IMG/VR virus record: IMGVR_UViG_3300049482_000044
Location: 1 to 64,000 of that record
Origin: a virus
Lineage: Duplodnaviria; Heunggongvirae; Uroviricota; Caudoviricetes
DNA length: 64,000 bases
Strand: one strand, 5' to 3'
Under the pieces are notes generated by a model. The model made no database searches, was not told where the DNA came from, and was given only the letters and a program-made list of their open reading frames with translations. This document shows, one piece after another, positions 36,962-45,762 of the stretch. Numbering within the stretch: position 1 is the first letter of the stretch; each line of letters opens with the position of its first letter. The position numbers and the translations under genes were made by a program.

Positions 36962-37726
36962 ATGCCTACACTAGTAATCGGATCTACTGCTATGAACCGG
37001 CTTGTTCCTGGTAGTAGGCTTCCGAAAGACACAGACGTTTTTTCAGACAACCCCGCCCCGTCGTGGGACTCTTTCTGGCATCCGAAATTCGAGGGATGGT
37101 TCCAGGGGTTTCGGAGCGCGACCCTGGACGAACTTTACACCATCAAGGTCAGTCACAGTTACTGGTCGCTGCCTAACGGCTCGTGGAATAAGCATATGTC
37201 TGACATAGTTGTTTTAAAGAGGGCTGGCGCAACCCTTGACCTGGACCTCCATGACTTGCTATACTCTGTGTGGGAAGAAAAGCACGGCAAAAAGCGTGTC
37301 AATCTAAACATGGACAAGCAGGCATTCTTTTCCGACGCCGTGACACGCATCTACGATCACGACTCTATCCATGAATCAGTCGCCTACGGCGAGCATCCTA
37401 TGTACGACTCGATGCTTGCGGGCGGGCAGCAGATCAAGATGGATATGACAGTAATCAAGGCTATGTCTTTTGAGGATCAGGTTAAACTGTATCGTGAAGA
37501 AATCTATGCCACTGCTCTAGAGCGATGGGTGATTCCTTCTGAATACCGGATTAGCCCGCGTAGGGCTTATGCTATGGCTACACAAAAGACTATCACCAGT
37601 CTGACTAAGGGCTGGTCGGCGCGGTTCCTTGTAGAAAACTACGAGACCTTCCGCATACCGGACATGGATTATGTCCAACATCATAAGAGCAAGGCCCACA
37701 AACTCGTTAGATTGGAACAATCATGA
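36962..37726 (+). CDS. hypothetical protein
   Basis: 254-aa ORF immediately after tRNA-His. Confidence 0.45.
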   Translation: MPTLVIGSTAMNRLVPGSRLPKDTDVFSDNPAPSWDSFWHPKFEGWFQGFRSATLDELYTIKVSHSYWSLPNGSWNKHMSDIVVLKRAGATLDLDLHDLLYSVWEEKHGKKRVNLNMDKQAFFSDAVTRIYDHDSIHESVAYGEHPMYDSMLAGGQQIKMDMTVIKAMSFEDQVKLYREEIYATALERWVIPSEYRISPRRAYAMATQKTITSLTKGWSARFLVENYETFRIPDMDYVQHHKSKAHKLVRLEQS

Positions 37727-38142
37727 CCGTTGCAGAACTTACCGCCAAGGACGCTGAAAAGACTCTATGGTCTATGTACTACAAGGCACCCGACTATGAG
37801 CCAGATGCCGACGTCGATGATGATGACTTGGAGTATGAGACCGAGCACTGGGGCGAACTTTCGTATTCTCTCGGGCGAACCATGACTTGGAGTTCTGAAC
37901 TGTCCCGGCATATTGATGTAGAGCCAGGAGAGGATTTCAATGGTATGCGCGTCGCCTGCGTCCAAGACGTAGGCGGCGAGGGCCAGGGTGAAACTCGCTA
38001 CGCAGTATTCTCGTTCACCGACGAGACTGGTATTAAGTATTTCCGCAAGGACGGATACTACGCTAGTTACGACGGCACGACCTGGGATGGAGACTTCCGT
38101 GAGGTCACCCCGCAGGAGCGAGTGGTGGTTTTCTATGAGTGA
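37723..38142 (+). CDS. hypothetical protein (paralog A)
   Basis: 139 aa; C-terminus ...YYASYDGTTWDGDFREVTPQERVVVFYE parallels the next gene. Confidence 0.4.
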   Translation: MTVAELTAKDAEKTLWSMYYKAPDYEPDADVDDDDLEYETEHWGELSYSLGRTMTWSSELSRHIDVEPGEDFNGMRVACVQDVGGEGQGETRYAVFSFTDETGIKYFRKDGYYASYDGTTWDGDFREVTPQERVVVFYE

Positions 38143-38488
38143 CTTCCTGTTGCTTTCTGACGTCACCGCCAAGAATGTCAGGGAACTGGTTTCCAAGGCG
38201 TACTGTGCCGATAATGCGTACGAAGATGAAAATCTATACGAAGAGGCCGTCTGGGAAATCGGACGTACGCCTGTCCAGTTCGGTGAATTGTTCGTATCCT
38301 CAGTCCAGCAAACGGGCGGGGGCGAAGGTTCCGGTGAATATATGGACATCGTATGGAAGATCGCTGACTGCAACGACGTACGATATTTCAAGGAAACTGG
38401 CCGCTACTACAGTTTTGTGGGCGGCGAGTGGAACGATGACATGCATGAAGTATTCCCTAAGCAGGTAGAGGTGACGGTGTACGAATGA
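38142..38488 (+). CDS. hypothetical protein (paralog B)
   Basis: ATGAGTGAC start overlapping the previous stop; C-terminus ...YYSFVGGEWNDDMHEVFPKQVEVTVYE. Confidence 0.4.
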
Positions 38489-38733
38489 TTACCAGGATTG
38501 AGTTTGTAGAAGAGGTAGACAATACTCCCAGTGTCAAGGACGGATACGACGGCGATTATAGTCAAGGCACCGTCTGGACCAACTGGAAGATCTACCGTCT
38601 TGTTGGCAGTAGCGCCGAGCCGGATCAGTATATCAGGGTCGGTCAGGTCTATAACTCTTACGGAAACGAAGAGGGCTCGACTGGACCAGAATTGGTGACT
38701 AAGGGCACTAAGATGGTCACGGTCTGGCAGTAA
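38485..38733 (+). CDS. hypothetical protein
   Basis: 82-aa ORF. Confidence 0.35.
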   Translation: MITRIEFVEEVDNTPSVKDGYDGDYSQGTVWTNWKIYRLVGSSAEPDQYIRVGQVYNSYGNEEGSTGPELVTKGTKMVTVWQ

Positions 38734-38909
38734 TGCGTATCTATAAGGTAGTATTCACAAAGACTGATCAGTCCCAGCCCGCCCCGTATTATGGGAGACG
38801 TACAACCTATCATGAATTGCGTCACGCAGAGTCGCAGGCGAAGTCGTGGCGGTCGCGGGGATGGGACGCCAAGGTAATTCAGTCCACGGAGTTTGACTGG
38901 GAAGAGTAG
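38733..38909 (+). CDS. small protein (58 aa), not in the ORF track
   Basis: TAATG stop/start overlap with the previous gene. Confidence 0.3.
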   Translation: MRIYKVVFTKTDQSQPAPYYGRRTTYHELRHAESQAKSWRSRGWDAKVIQSTEFDWEE

Positions 38910-38971
38910 CATGAAAGCAGTTGACACAGCCAGATCGGTCTGATAGACTTGTGTCAACAAGTTAGGGAGAG

Positions 38972-39367
38972 ATGAAGGCCTGCGGTAGATGCGGAGAAAC
39001 CAAGTCTCTGAACAGTTTTTCAATTCGTCGTGCTGACAAGTTACAATCATGGTGCAAGCAGTGCTTCACCGATTACGACCGTCACCGTTATCAAAACGGT
39101 GACAAGGCAAGAAAAGACAGAAACAAAAAAATACGTGCCGATAGACAGAAAGCCATGCTCAATCGCATTAAACTTGAGTCTGGGTGTGTTGACTGTGGAT
39201 ACAGAACAAACGCAGTCGCATTAGATTTTGATCATGTGCGTGGCGTCAAAGAGTTTAACCTCGCAGATAACACAAGGCGTAGGGTTTCAGATCAAAGACT
39301 GATAGACGAAGTTGCAAAGTGTGAAGTAAGGTGTGCTAACTGCCACCGAATTAAAACACATTGCTAA
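38972..39367 (+). CDS. HNH homing endonuclease
   Basis: CxxC pairs and VRCANCHRIKTH; paralog of 39737..40171. Confidence 0.55.
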   Translation: MKACGRCGETKSLNSFSIRRADKLQSWCKQCFTDYDRHRYQNGDKARKDRNKKIRADRQKAMLNRIKLESGCVDCGYRTNAVALDFDHVRGVKEFNLADNTRRRVSDQRLIDEVAKCEVRCANCHRIKTHC

Positions 39368-39439
39368 CTGGACGTAGGGTAATGGTAACCCACTTCGTTT
39401 GGGGCGAAGGCGATGCGAGTTCGACTCTCGCCGTTCAGA
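39368..39439 (+). tRNA. tRNA-Pro (UGG), CCA encoded
   Basis: Acceptor CTGGACG/CGTTCAG, D GGGT-AATGGTA-ACCC, anticodon stem CTTCG/CGAAG with loop TTTGGGG, T-arm GCGAG-TTCGACT-CTCGC. Confidence 0.65.
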
Positions 39440-39637
39440 CCAGTGAGAAATGTGGGCTGCGATCCACCCTATACGCCAGTTGGTAATAGGTCGTCCAAAA
39501 TGCAGGACACTCGCTAATGTTTGGGCCGCAAGCATTGAAGCGATGCAATGGGCTTTTACCCCATGGACCACGGGGCAGTACCGTGGCGGTCTACGTCTAG
39601 AGCAGCACGTCCGTTTTAAATATAACTGAATAAGTAT

Positions 39638-39730
39638 GGCAGGACAAGCCGAATTTTGGACGACGGCACTCGCCTTGAAAGCGAGCGAGGACTGATAATC
39701 CCTTGGGGGTTCGAAACCACCCTCCTGCCG
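39638..39730 (+). tRNA. tRNA-Ser-like (UGA), class II, atypical T-stem
   Basis: Acceptor GGCAGGA/TCCTGCC, D GCCG-(12-nt loop)-CGGC, anticodon stem CTCGC/GCGAG with loop CTTGAAA, long variable arm; T-loop TTCGAAA has an imperfect stem. Confidence 0.4.
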
Positions 39731-39736
39731 CCTCAT

Positions 39737-40171
39737 ATGGTATACTTGATTATGAAGTTTTGTTCCGGATGTAATCAAGATAGACCAGTGGAAGAATTTC
39801 ATTCTAACAAAAGCAAGCAAGATGGTAAGCAATCTGTATGCAAAAAATGTAGAACTGATTATAGTCGCGCTTGGTACAAAAAAAATAAGACACTCCAAAA
39901 GAACAGAGTCGCTGTTAATAAAAAATCGAAAAGGCAATTTCTTTTCGATTACTTGTCTGAGCATCCGTGTGTAGTGTGTGGAGAAAAGCGAATACCAACC
40001 CTACACTTTGATCATCTTGAAGATAAAAGTTTTAATATGGGGCATGCGGTGACACTCGGCAAGGGCCTGAAATTGATTCAAGCAGAAATCGAGAAGTGCC
40101 AGATTTTATGTGCAAATTGTCACTCTATGAAAACAGCAGAGCAGTTCGGCTGGTATAATGGTCTTTCTTAG
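39737..40171 (+). CDS. HNH homing endonuclease
   Basis: HFDHLEDKSFNMGH...CANCHSMKT HNH core; the track ORF runs upstream through the tRNA-Ser-like gene, so the ATG at 39737 is the likelier start. Confidence 0.5.
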   Translation: MVYLIMKFCSGCNQDRPVEEFHSNKSKQDGKQSVCKKCRTDYSRAWYKKNKTLQKNRVAVNKKSKRQFLFDYLSEHPCVVCGEKRIPTLHFDHLEDKSFNMGHAVTLGKGLKLIQAEIEKCQILCANCHSMKTAEQFGWYNGLS

Positions 40172-40173
40172 AC

Positions 40174-40248
40174 GCAGACGGTAGGTTGGATATCTAGTCG
40201 AGTCTCATAAACTCGAAATAAACGCGGTTCGATTCTCGCGGTCCTGCA
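40174..40248 (+). pseudogene. tRNA-like, anticodon CAU (Met/Ile2-type), degenerate acceptor
   Basis: Perfect anticodon arm CGAGT-CTCATAA-ACTCG, but the acceptor halves (GCAGACG vs GTCCTGC) and T-stem pair poorly. Confidence 0.3.
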
Positions 40249-40667
40249 ACCAGTTGAAAACTAAATAGCAATAAAACAGGCATGGCTGATATGTTGGGGT
40301 AACCCAATGAAAGGCGGGTGACAACCGCCACCAGAAATGGTAATCCATGCAATCCGAAACTGCAACGAGTTCCATACCAGGGGACCGGGGCATCGTAAGT
40401 CAGGCGGGAAACGGCAAACGTGCTTATCCCAGGTTGTCACGCAGACAACCAGCCACAAACGACGAGCGATGCTGGCAGGAAGGAAGGATCATAAGTCCGA
40501 GGCGTCAACCTAGGGCGGGGTCCATGAAGCCGAAAAAGTGGTCTGGCGAGGTCATAAGTATCGACGGAGATTGAGAGTACCTGACAAGGAAATCATATCG
40601 GAGGAGTGAAGCATTCTGTAGGCCAAAATCCTACGGACCTTCTAGGGAAGCGCTTCTTCTGTCAAAA

Positions 40668-40739
40668 GCAACTATAGGTCAATGGTAGACCGATTGTATT
40701 TGGAACAATATGTTGCAGGTTCGAATCCTGCTGGTTATT
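40668..40739 (+). tRNA. tRNA-like, anticodon UUG (Gln-type), weak acceptor
   Basis: D GGTC-AATGGTA-GACC and T-arm GCAGG-TTCGAAT-CCTGC are canonical; acceptor GCAACTA/TGGTTAT has a mismatch. Confidence 0.4.
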
Positions 40740-41038
40740 TCAAAAGCGAAAGACTTCCCTTGTTCTTGTTCGAAAGCGCCTTAATACTTGGCCCTCCGGG
40801 GAACCAAGTTCATCCCGAGCCGCAAGCGGAGGATGGTTCATAGCCAGTAATGCAGTCAAGAGGCTTGCTACCTCTAGACGAAGTGAAAACTGTGGAGTGG
40901 AACAGGAATATAAAGAGTGGTATGCTATACATACCAGGCGTGATAGTTAGCATGGGGACATGCTGGAAACGATGGGAATCAATAATCCGTCTAGAGACTA
41001 TCAAGGCAAGCGAGTATTCTCATCGCCCGCCAACTTTA

Positions 41039-41110
41039 TGCGACTGTGGTGTTAGTGGTAACATGAAACTCTTCCAAAGTTGAGTCGCGGGTTCGATTCC
41101 CGCTAGTCGC
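41039..41110 (+). tRNA. tRNA-Gly (UCC), CCA encoded
   Basis: Acceptor GCGACTG/TAGTCGC, D GTGT-TAGTGGTA-ACAT, anticodon loop CTTCCAA, T-arm GCGGG-TTCGATT-CCCGC. Confidence 0.6.
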
Positions 41111-41125
41111 TCCATAGGAGGTAAT

Positions 41126-41431
41126 ATGATCTTCCAGAGTATCAGGGAAATATTCGCCGCAGTTGAGGCGAAAGAACAACTTCCCTACCGCAAACACGGT
41201 AAGTCAGACGTCGATAAATCCAAATGCGAGCACGAATTCCGCGAGTGGGTCACGATCAAGTCCCGCTATGGCGGTCACCGCACGACGGTCATCGCTGGCG
41301 TAGAGAAAAGGGTCTGGACTATCCATGAATCTTCTAGCCGCTCATGTAAGCACTGCGGCAAGCACGAATATAAGTCAGAGTTCAAATACGAGTATGTTCC
41401 GGTGCTTGACGACTCGGCCCTACCCTGGTGA
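41126..41431 (+). CDS. hypothetical protein
   Basis: 101-aa ORF, SD GGAGG. Confidence 0.4.
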   Translation: MIFQSIREIFAAVEAKEQLPYRKHGKSDVDKSKCEHEFREWVTIKSRYGGHRTTVIAGVEKRVWTIHESSSRSCKHCGKHEYKSEFKYEYVPVLDDSALPW

Positions 41432-41437
41432 GGATTT

Positions 41438-41611
41438 ATGAAAATCGGTGACCCAATGGAATGCTGCGTTTGTCATAATGTTAGCGATAAATATTGTTAT
41501 CATCAGCGTTTAGGCGTGGCGATCTGTAGTGACTGCCCGCTGACAGATGTGATGGGCGAGGACGTGACGATGCATACGATGTATTGGGTCCGCCCATTGA
41601 CAGGCATTCTG
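41438..41611 (+). CDS. small Cys-rich protein (57 aa), not in the ORF track
   Basis: SD GGTGAGGA; CCVCH...CYH...CSDC Cys pattern. Confidence 0.35.
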
Positions 41612-41675
41612 TAATTTGATATACTGGTTCTCCTCCGGGCGGGAAGGTTAACATAAGCCGTCCCGTCACGGACAT

Positions 41676-41748
41676 GTCCGCATGGCAGAGTAGGTCTATG
41701 CGCTGGGTTGAAGCCTCAGAGAAGCGCGTTCGATTCGTGCTGCGGACA
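41676..41748 (+). tRNA. tRNA-Phe (GAA)
   Basis: Acceptor GTCCGCA/TGCGGAC, anticodon stem CTGGG/CTCAG with loop TTGAAGC, T-arm GCGCG-TTCGATT-CGTGC. Confidence 0.5.
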
Positions 41749-41752
41749 CTCT

Positions 41753-41824
41753 GGCCTCATAGTATATGGGTTAATATCCATCCCTCTCAAGGATGAGTAG
41801 CGAGTTCGATTCTCGCTGAGGCTG
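41753..41824 (+). tRNA. tRNA-Glu (CUC)
   Basis: Acceptor GGCCTCA/TGAGGCT, anticodon stem CATCC/GGATG with loop CTCTCAA, T-arm GCGAG-TTCGATT-CTCGC. Confidence 0.55.
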
Positions 41825-41929
41825 CAAAACTCGTAATACAAGTTACCCCAATGGTACATAGAGCGGGCGGGGTCGAATAGGTTACGAGTTAGTGACGGCA
41901 CGGTTGTCTATGAACTAGCCGTCACGGCT

Positions 41930-42000
41930 GCCTTGCTAGTTAAATGGCATAACTGGTGTTTCGTAAGCACCCATTCGCAGTTCGATTCTGCGGTGAGGCT
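41930..42000 (+). tRNA. tRNA-Thr (CGU), CCA encoded
   Basis: Acceptor GCCTTGC/GTGAGGC, D GTTA-AATGGCA-TAAC, anticodon stem GGTGT/GCACC with loop TTCGTAA, T-arm CGCAG-TTCGATT-CTGCG. Confidence 0.6.
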
Positions 42001-42181
42001 CCACAAGTGATACAATTCAGGTATGGATAAGTATCGCTTCAAAGTAGAACTAACAATAGAGGTTGAGGCTTTCGACCCCACCGACGCAGCAATAATCATC
42101 GGGGACTACTTAGGCCCCGGCCCTATGGATGACATAATTCAGATCTTGAACATGAAGATCAAGCACTCATAGGAGGACACC

Positions 42182-42580
42182 ATTAGGATTCTAGTTACCG
42201 GCTCAAGAGATTGGGCCGACTATCCTACATTCACTCGCGGCATCACTGTAGCGATTGAGACGCTGACTAAGCGACTGCCTGACGACAAGCAGATCATACT
42301 AGTGCACGGAGGCGCTAGAGGCGCTGACGAAATGTGTGAGTTTTATCTAGACCACACCGCCCAGTTTCTACGCGGGCAGGGCTACACAATAAGCACAGAA
42401 ACCCACAAGGCCGACTGGACCACGCACGGCAAGGGCGCTGGGCCACTTCGCAACCAGAAGATGGTTGACCTAGGGGCTGACATTGCGGTAGCATACATGC
42501 ATGAAGGCAGTCGAGGTACTGCTGACTGTGTGGCCCGCGCCAAAAAGGCCGGGATCGAAGTTCTACTATATAAGGGGTAG
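42182..42580 (+). CDS. SLOG/DUF2493-like Rossmann-fold protein, apparent non-ATG (ATT) start
   Basis: The conserved N-terminal (I)RILVTGSRDW...LVHGGARGADE lies upstream of the first ATG/GTG; the frame opens after TAG at 42170, with AGGAGG followed by ATT at 42182. Confidence 0.4.
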   Translation: MRILVTGSRDWADYPTFTRGITVAIETLTKRLPDDKQIILVHGGARGADEMCEFYLDHTAQFLRGQGYTISTETHKADWTTHGKGAGPLRNQKMVDLGADIAVAYMHEGSRGTADCVARAKKAGIEVLLYKG

Positions 42581-42963
42581 TTGTGTCTAAGACCATTGAC
42601 TCTACTTGCGACTATATCTATGTTGATACTTGGTATGACGAGGACGGCGATGATACTTACACAGAATATGATCGCTGCGACGATGACGCCGTGGGACTCT
42701 TTGACGGAGTCTACTATTGCGAGTGGCATGCGGCGCGGCAGGAGTCGGTCAAATGACCCTAGATGCTAGCAACTTTACCAACACAACTATCAAGCGTTTG
42801 ATCGGTATCATCAATACTCAAAAGGGTACCATCGATATGCAGAACGACATCATTGGTCTGCAACGCGATACGCTAGAGAGCATGGATGTTGTAGTTGACA
42901 TTCTAGACCGCCGCCAAAAGGCTATGAAGCCGCTATTGAAGCGCAGATACAGGAGTTTGTTCC

Positions 42964-43752
42964 GTGACTAAGTTTATGGTAGTTGGAGACGTTCACGGCG
43001 ACATTAGTTTCGCCAGCGCTGTCTGTCGCGCTGCTGAGTCTCTTGACATCACCAATATCTTTCAGGTCGGAGACTTCGGCATCTGGGACCACACGGATGA
43101 TGGTGTATATTTCCTCGACAAACTGAATGAGAACTCTTCGCTTCGCGGGGTCAACTGGTATGTCACGCTAGGCAACCACGAAAACTATGACCGGGTAGAG
43201 AACTACCAGGCGCTGACAACTCAGACCTTTATCCCAGTCCGTGACCACATCACCATTCTTGGAAACAAGACTGCGGTGTTCGATATGGACGGGGTTAAGT
43301 TTGCTTCCGTGGGCGGCGCTTACAGTATTGACAAGTATGCTCGCATCGAGGGTAAGTCTTGGTGGCGTAACGAAGAGATAAAGTTTTCTGACATTCTTAT
43401 GTTGCAGAACCTTATCGATATCACTGGTCGAGTAGATATTCTATTTACCCACGACTCTCCAACGACACTGCCAGAATGGGATGGTTTCATCAAGGATGAT
43501 CCTTACTCCCAAGGGCACCGCAAGATGCTAGATCGGGTTGGAGAAATCGCTAGGCCCGCATTCTGGTTCCATGGTCACTACCACCGTGCCGTACAGTACC
43601 AATTTGGCGACGCTCATGTTGTGGGGCTAGGAGCAAACCCCGAGGCCATGCCTTGGGGCATGCCTAAGCACCAGCACAATTCTGTCGCTGTTGTAACAGT
43701 AGATGAGTCTGGTATCTCGTGGGACTATAACCACGAGTGGGCGTACGTATGA
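42964..43752 (+). CDS. calcineurin-like metallophosphoesterase
   Basis: MVVGDVHGD, TLGNHEN and GHYH motifs. Confidence 0.6.
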   Translation: MTKFMVVGDVHGDISFASAVCRAAESLDITNIFQVGDFGIWDHTDDGVYFLDKLNENSSLRGVNWYVTLGNHENYDRVENYQALTTQTFIPVRDHITILGNKTAVFDMDGVKFASVGGAYSIDKYARIEGKSWWRNEEIKFSDILMLQNLIDITGRVDILFTHDSPTTLPEWDGFIKDDPYSQGHRKMLDRVGEIARPAFWFHGHYHRAVQYQFGDAHVVGLGANPEAMPWGMPKHQHNSVAVVTVDESGISWDYNHEWAYV

Positions 43753-43861
43753 GGGAGGGGGAGGTACAAACTCCCCCTCCTTCTCAAAAACCCTTGACGT
43801 TCTTTAGTTCTCTTGATAGACTTATAGCACAAACCGGACATACTAACGAAAAGAGCACATA

Positions 43862-44083
43862 ATGAAGTATGCTACCCTCAATTACGACGAGGCGCATGAC
43901 GTAGTTGACCGTAACAGATTCCTATCGTGGGACGGTTACGATATTATCACCCACCGCAAGTCCGCGAATGGCTATACAAATAAGCGTGGCGTTTTTCTAG
44001 ACGGTGAATGGTGGCTTCAGTTTCGGTACTCACTGCGTCCCAATGGGTCGTGGGAGGTGCCCGAAATTTATGTTGTTAACTGA
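43862..44083 (+). CDS. hypothetical protein
   Basis: 73-aa ORF. Confidence 0.35.
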   Translation: MKYATLNYDEAHDVVDRNRFLSWDGYDIITHRKSANGYTNKRGVFLDGEWWLQFRYSLRPNGSWEVPEIYVVN

Positions 44084-44369
44084 TTGGCAAGCCCTCGGAT
44101 CATGCTCTGGCATGGTAGACCTATCCGCAGACCTTATCGAAATCTTTTTCGATGACTATGAAACCGACTCTATCACGGCTCAGAACACTGACGCCATGTG
44201 CATTTCCTGTCCTGTAGCAGAGCAGTGTGGCTCACAAGGTCGCAAGAATAAAGAGTGGGGCGTTTGGGGCGGGGTGTATCTTAAGGATGGTAAGACAGAT
44301 GTCGCTCGTAATTCCCATAAGAGCGAGGATACCTGGGATATCTTGAAGGATATTCATAGATGGCTGTAG
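44070..44369 (+). CDS. WhiB-like Fe-S transcription regulator
   Basis: Four Cys (GSCSG; CISCPVAEQC) followed by the GVWGG turn motif diagnostic of the WhiB (Wbl) family. Confidence 0.55.
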   Translation: MLLTDWQALGSCSGMVDLSADLIEIFFDDYETDSITAQNTDAMCISCPVAEQCGSQGRKNKEWGVWGGVYLKDGKTDVARNSHKSEDTWDILKDIHRWL

Positions 44370-44660
44370 TTTATGGCCCCGTCGTTGCAGAGGCATGGCG
44401 TAAGATCAAAAAGCCATACAAGTTCACTGTCGATGTTGTAGTCCATGACCAGCGTCATCTAACAACGGATGATGGTATAAAGTATTTCGTAGAGTTGCGT
44501 GTCTATGAAAATGAATTGCTTGCATTTAATGAAGCAAAGACCATTGAAATAATGGAATACCTTTCGCTTTGTCAGAATATGATACAATCATACAACATAG
44601 AATGTATATTAGGCGGGGTCGCAGGCGACCCACCACAACCAAGGCGGGTTAATCAGTAAT

Positions 44661-44906
44661 ATGGAGACAGCACTCTGTCAGTCATGCAACAAGCAGCGGG
44701 CGATTCTTAAGCGTAGGTCAAGTCGACTTGAGCCAGGAATCCAGTTGGTGGTATGTCAGTCATGCATCGACAGCAAGTTTGAGCCTCGCTGGTTGATTAT
44801 TCTTCATGGTCGTCAGCATGGCCCTAGTGCCGTTGCTGATTTTATCACTAAGCGTCGCTATATCGGTGACGAAATAACTGCAATCGAACTAATTGTGAAT
44901 CAATAG
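44661..44906 (+). CDS. Cys4 zinc-finger protein
   Basis: CQSCNKQ...CQSCIDS. Confidence 0.35.
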   Translation: METALCQSCNKQRAILKRRSSRLEPGIQLVVCQSCIDSKFEPRWLIILHGRQHGPSAVADFITKRRYIGDEITAIELIVNQ

Positions 44907-44997
44907 TAAACCCGCCAAACGGGTGATAAACGACACCTAATTAGTTGCGTGTTGCTATAAAACAGGTGATACAATAAGTATATATTACCTGGAAGGA

Positions 44998-45270
44998 ATG
45001 ACAGATTTGCCTGAGGACGCGCTAGATCTCATACGCAAAATTGAGCGTGACCTATTGGATTTAGCCGCTAGGGTGAATCTGGAAGATGAGCGTATCCATT
45101 ATGATATCAAAAATTTGCACGACGAGGTGGGCCGGTTGAAGGAATCCGTTGGCGGAATGATCACCGAGGACAGGTTTAAGCCTGTTGAGAAGATTGTTCT
45201 AGGCGGGGCAGCACTGGTCTTGATTTCTGTTTTCACAGCAATTATTGCCATTGTTATTCGTTCTTCATGA
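44998..45270 (+). CDS. coiled-coil protein with C-terminal TM helix
   Basis: 90 aa, hydrophobic C-terminus LGGAALVLISVFTAIIAIVI. Confidence 0.35.
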   Translation: MTDLPEDALDLIRKIERDLLDLAARVNLEDERIHYDIKNLHDEVGRLKESVGGMITEDRFKPVEKIVLGGAALVLISVFTAIIAIVIRSS

Positions 45271-45761
45271 ATATGATTACAAAAAAGCAGCAATGGTACG
45301 TTAAGTTCATATGGACTGCGGGGGTTGTTCTCGGAGCCACATGCCTCGTTCTGCTGTATTGGTTAATCTTCCCGGCCCAGGGTCTTACTTTCAGTGACGA
45401 CTCGCTTACTACCAGTAAGAAGGTATACACCATCGGTGAAAACGTAGCCGTTACCGGTGGTGGAGAGTTCTGTAATAATGGCGTAGAAACAACTGTTGAG
45501 CGTCGGGTAGAATCTCGCGTCGGCGGTGAAATCCTTAACCCGCTATACTTCTTCCGCCCTAGTGAGCCCTACTGCGCTCCATCCGGTAACTTCGTTGTAA
45601 CATTGCCAGGAGAAATTCCCGTGGGAACATGGCACATCGCAATCTATACTACCTACAAGGCAAATCCAGTGAGATCCGTCACAATTGTCAGAGAAACAAA
45701 TGAGTTTGTAATCGTTGACAGTAAAAACGCTAATCGCCCAACCATTCTCGCAGGGAAGTAA
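45267..45761 (+). CDS. membrane-anchored / exported hypothetical protein
   Basis: N-terminal TM helix WTAGVVLGATCLVLLYWLIF. Confidence 0.35.
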   Translation: MNMITKKQQWYVKFIWTAGVVLGATCLVLLYWLIFPAQGLTFSDDSLTTSKKVYTIGENVAVTGGGEFCNNGVETTVERRVESRVGGEILNPLYFFRPSEPYCAPSGNFVVTLPGEIPVGTWHIAIYTTYKANPVRSVTIVRETNEFVIVDSKNANRPTILAGK

Positions 45762-45762
45762 C

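Noticed and set aside
40205-40574. Three overlapping ORFs (two minus, one plus) in the 40.2-40.6 kb interval
   Set aside because: Mutually overlapping on both strands, low-complexity basic products, no RBS; the region is more consistent with structured non-coding RNA.
40240-40660. RNase P RNA assignment for the structured interval
   Set aside because: Only a weak AAGTCCGAGGC resemblance to the P4 region; the conserved RNase P long-range motifs were not found by eye, so this is left as an unclassified structured region.
41828-41890. Possible tRNA between tRNA-Glu and tRNA-Thr
   Set aside because: Has a 9-bp acceptor-like stem (AACTCGTAA/TTACGAGTT) and a D-loop-like CCAATGGTA, but only 45 nt between acceptor halves and no T-arm. 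It is too short for a tRNA and is probably a decayed remnant.
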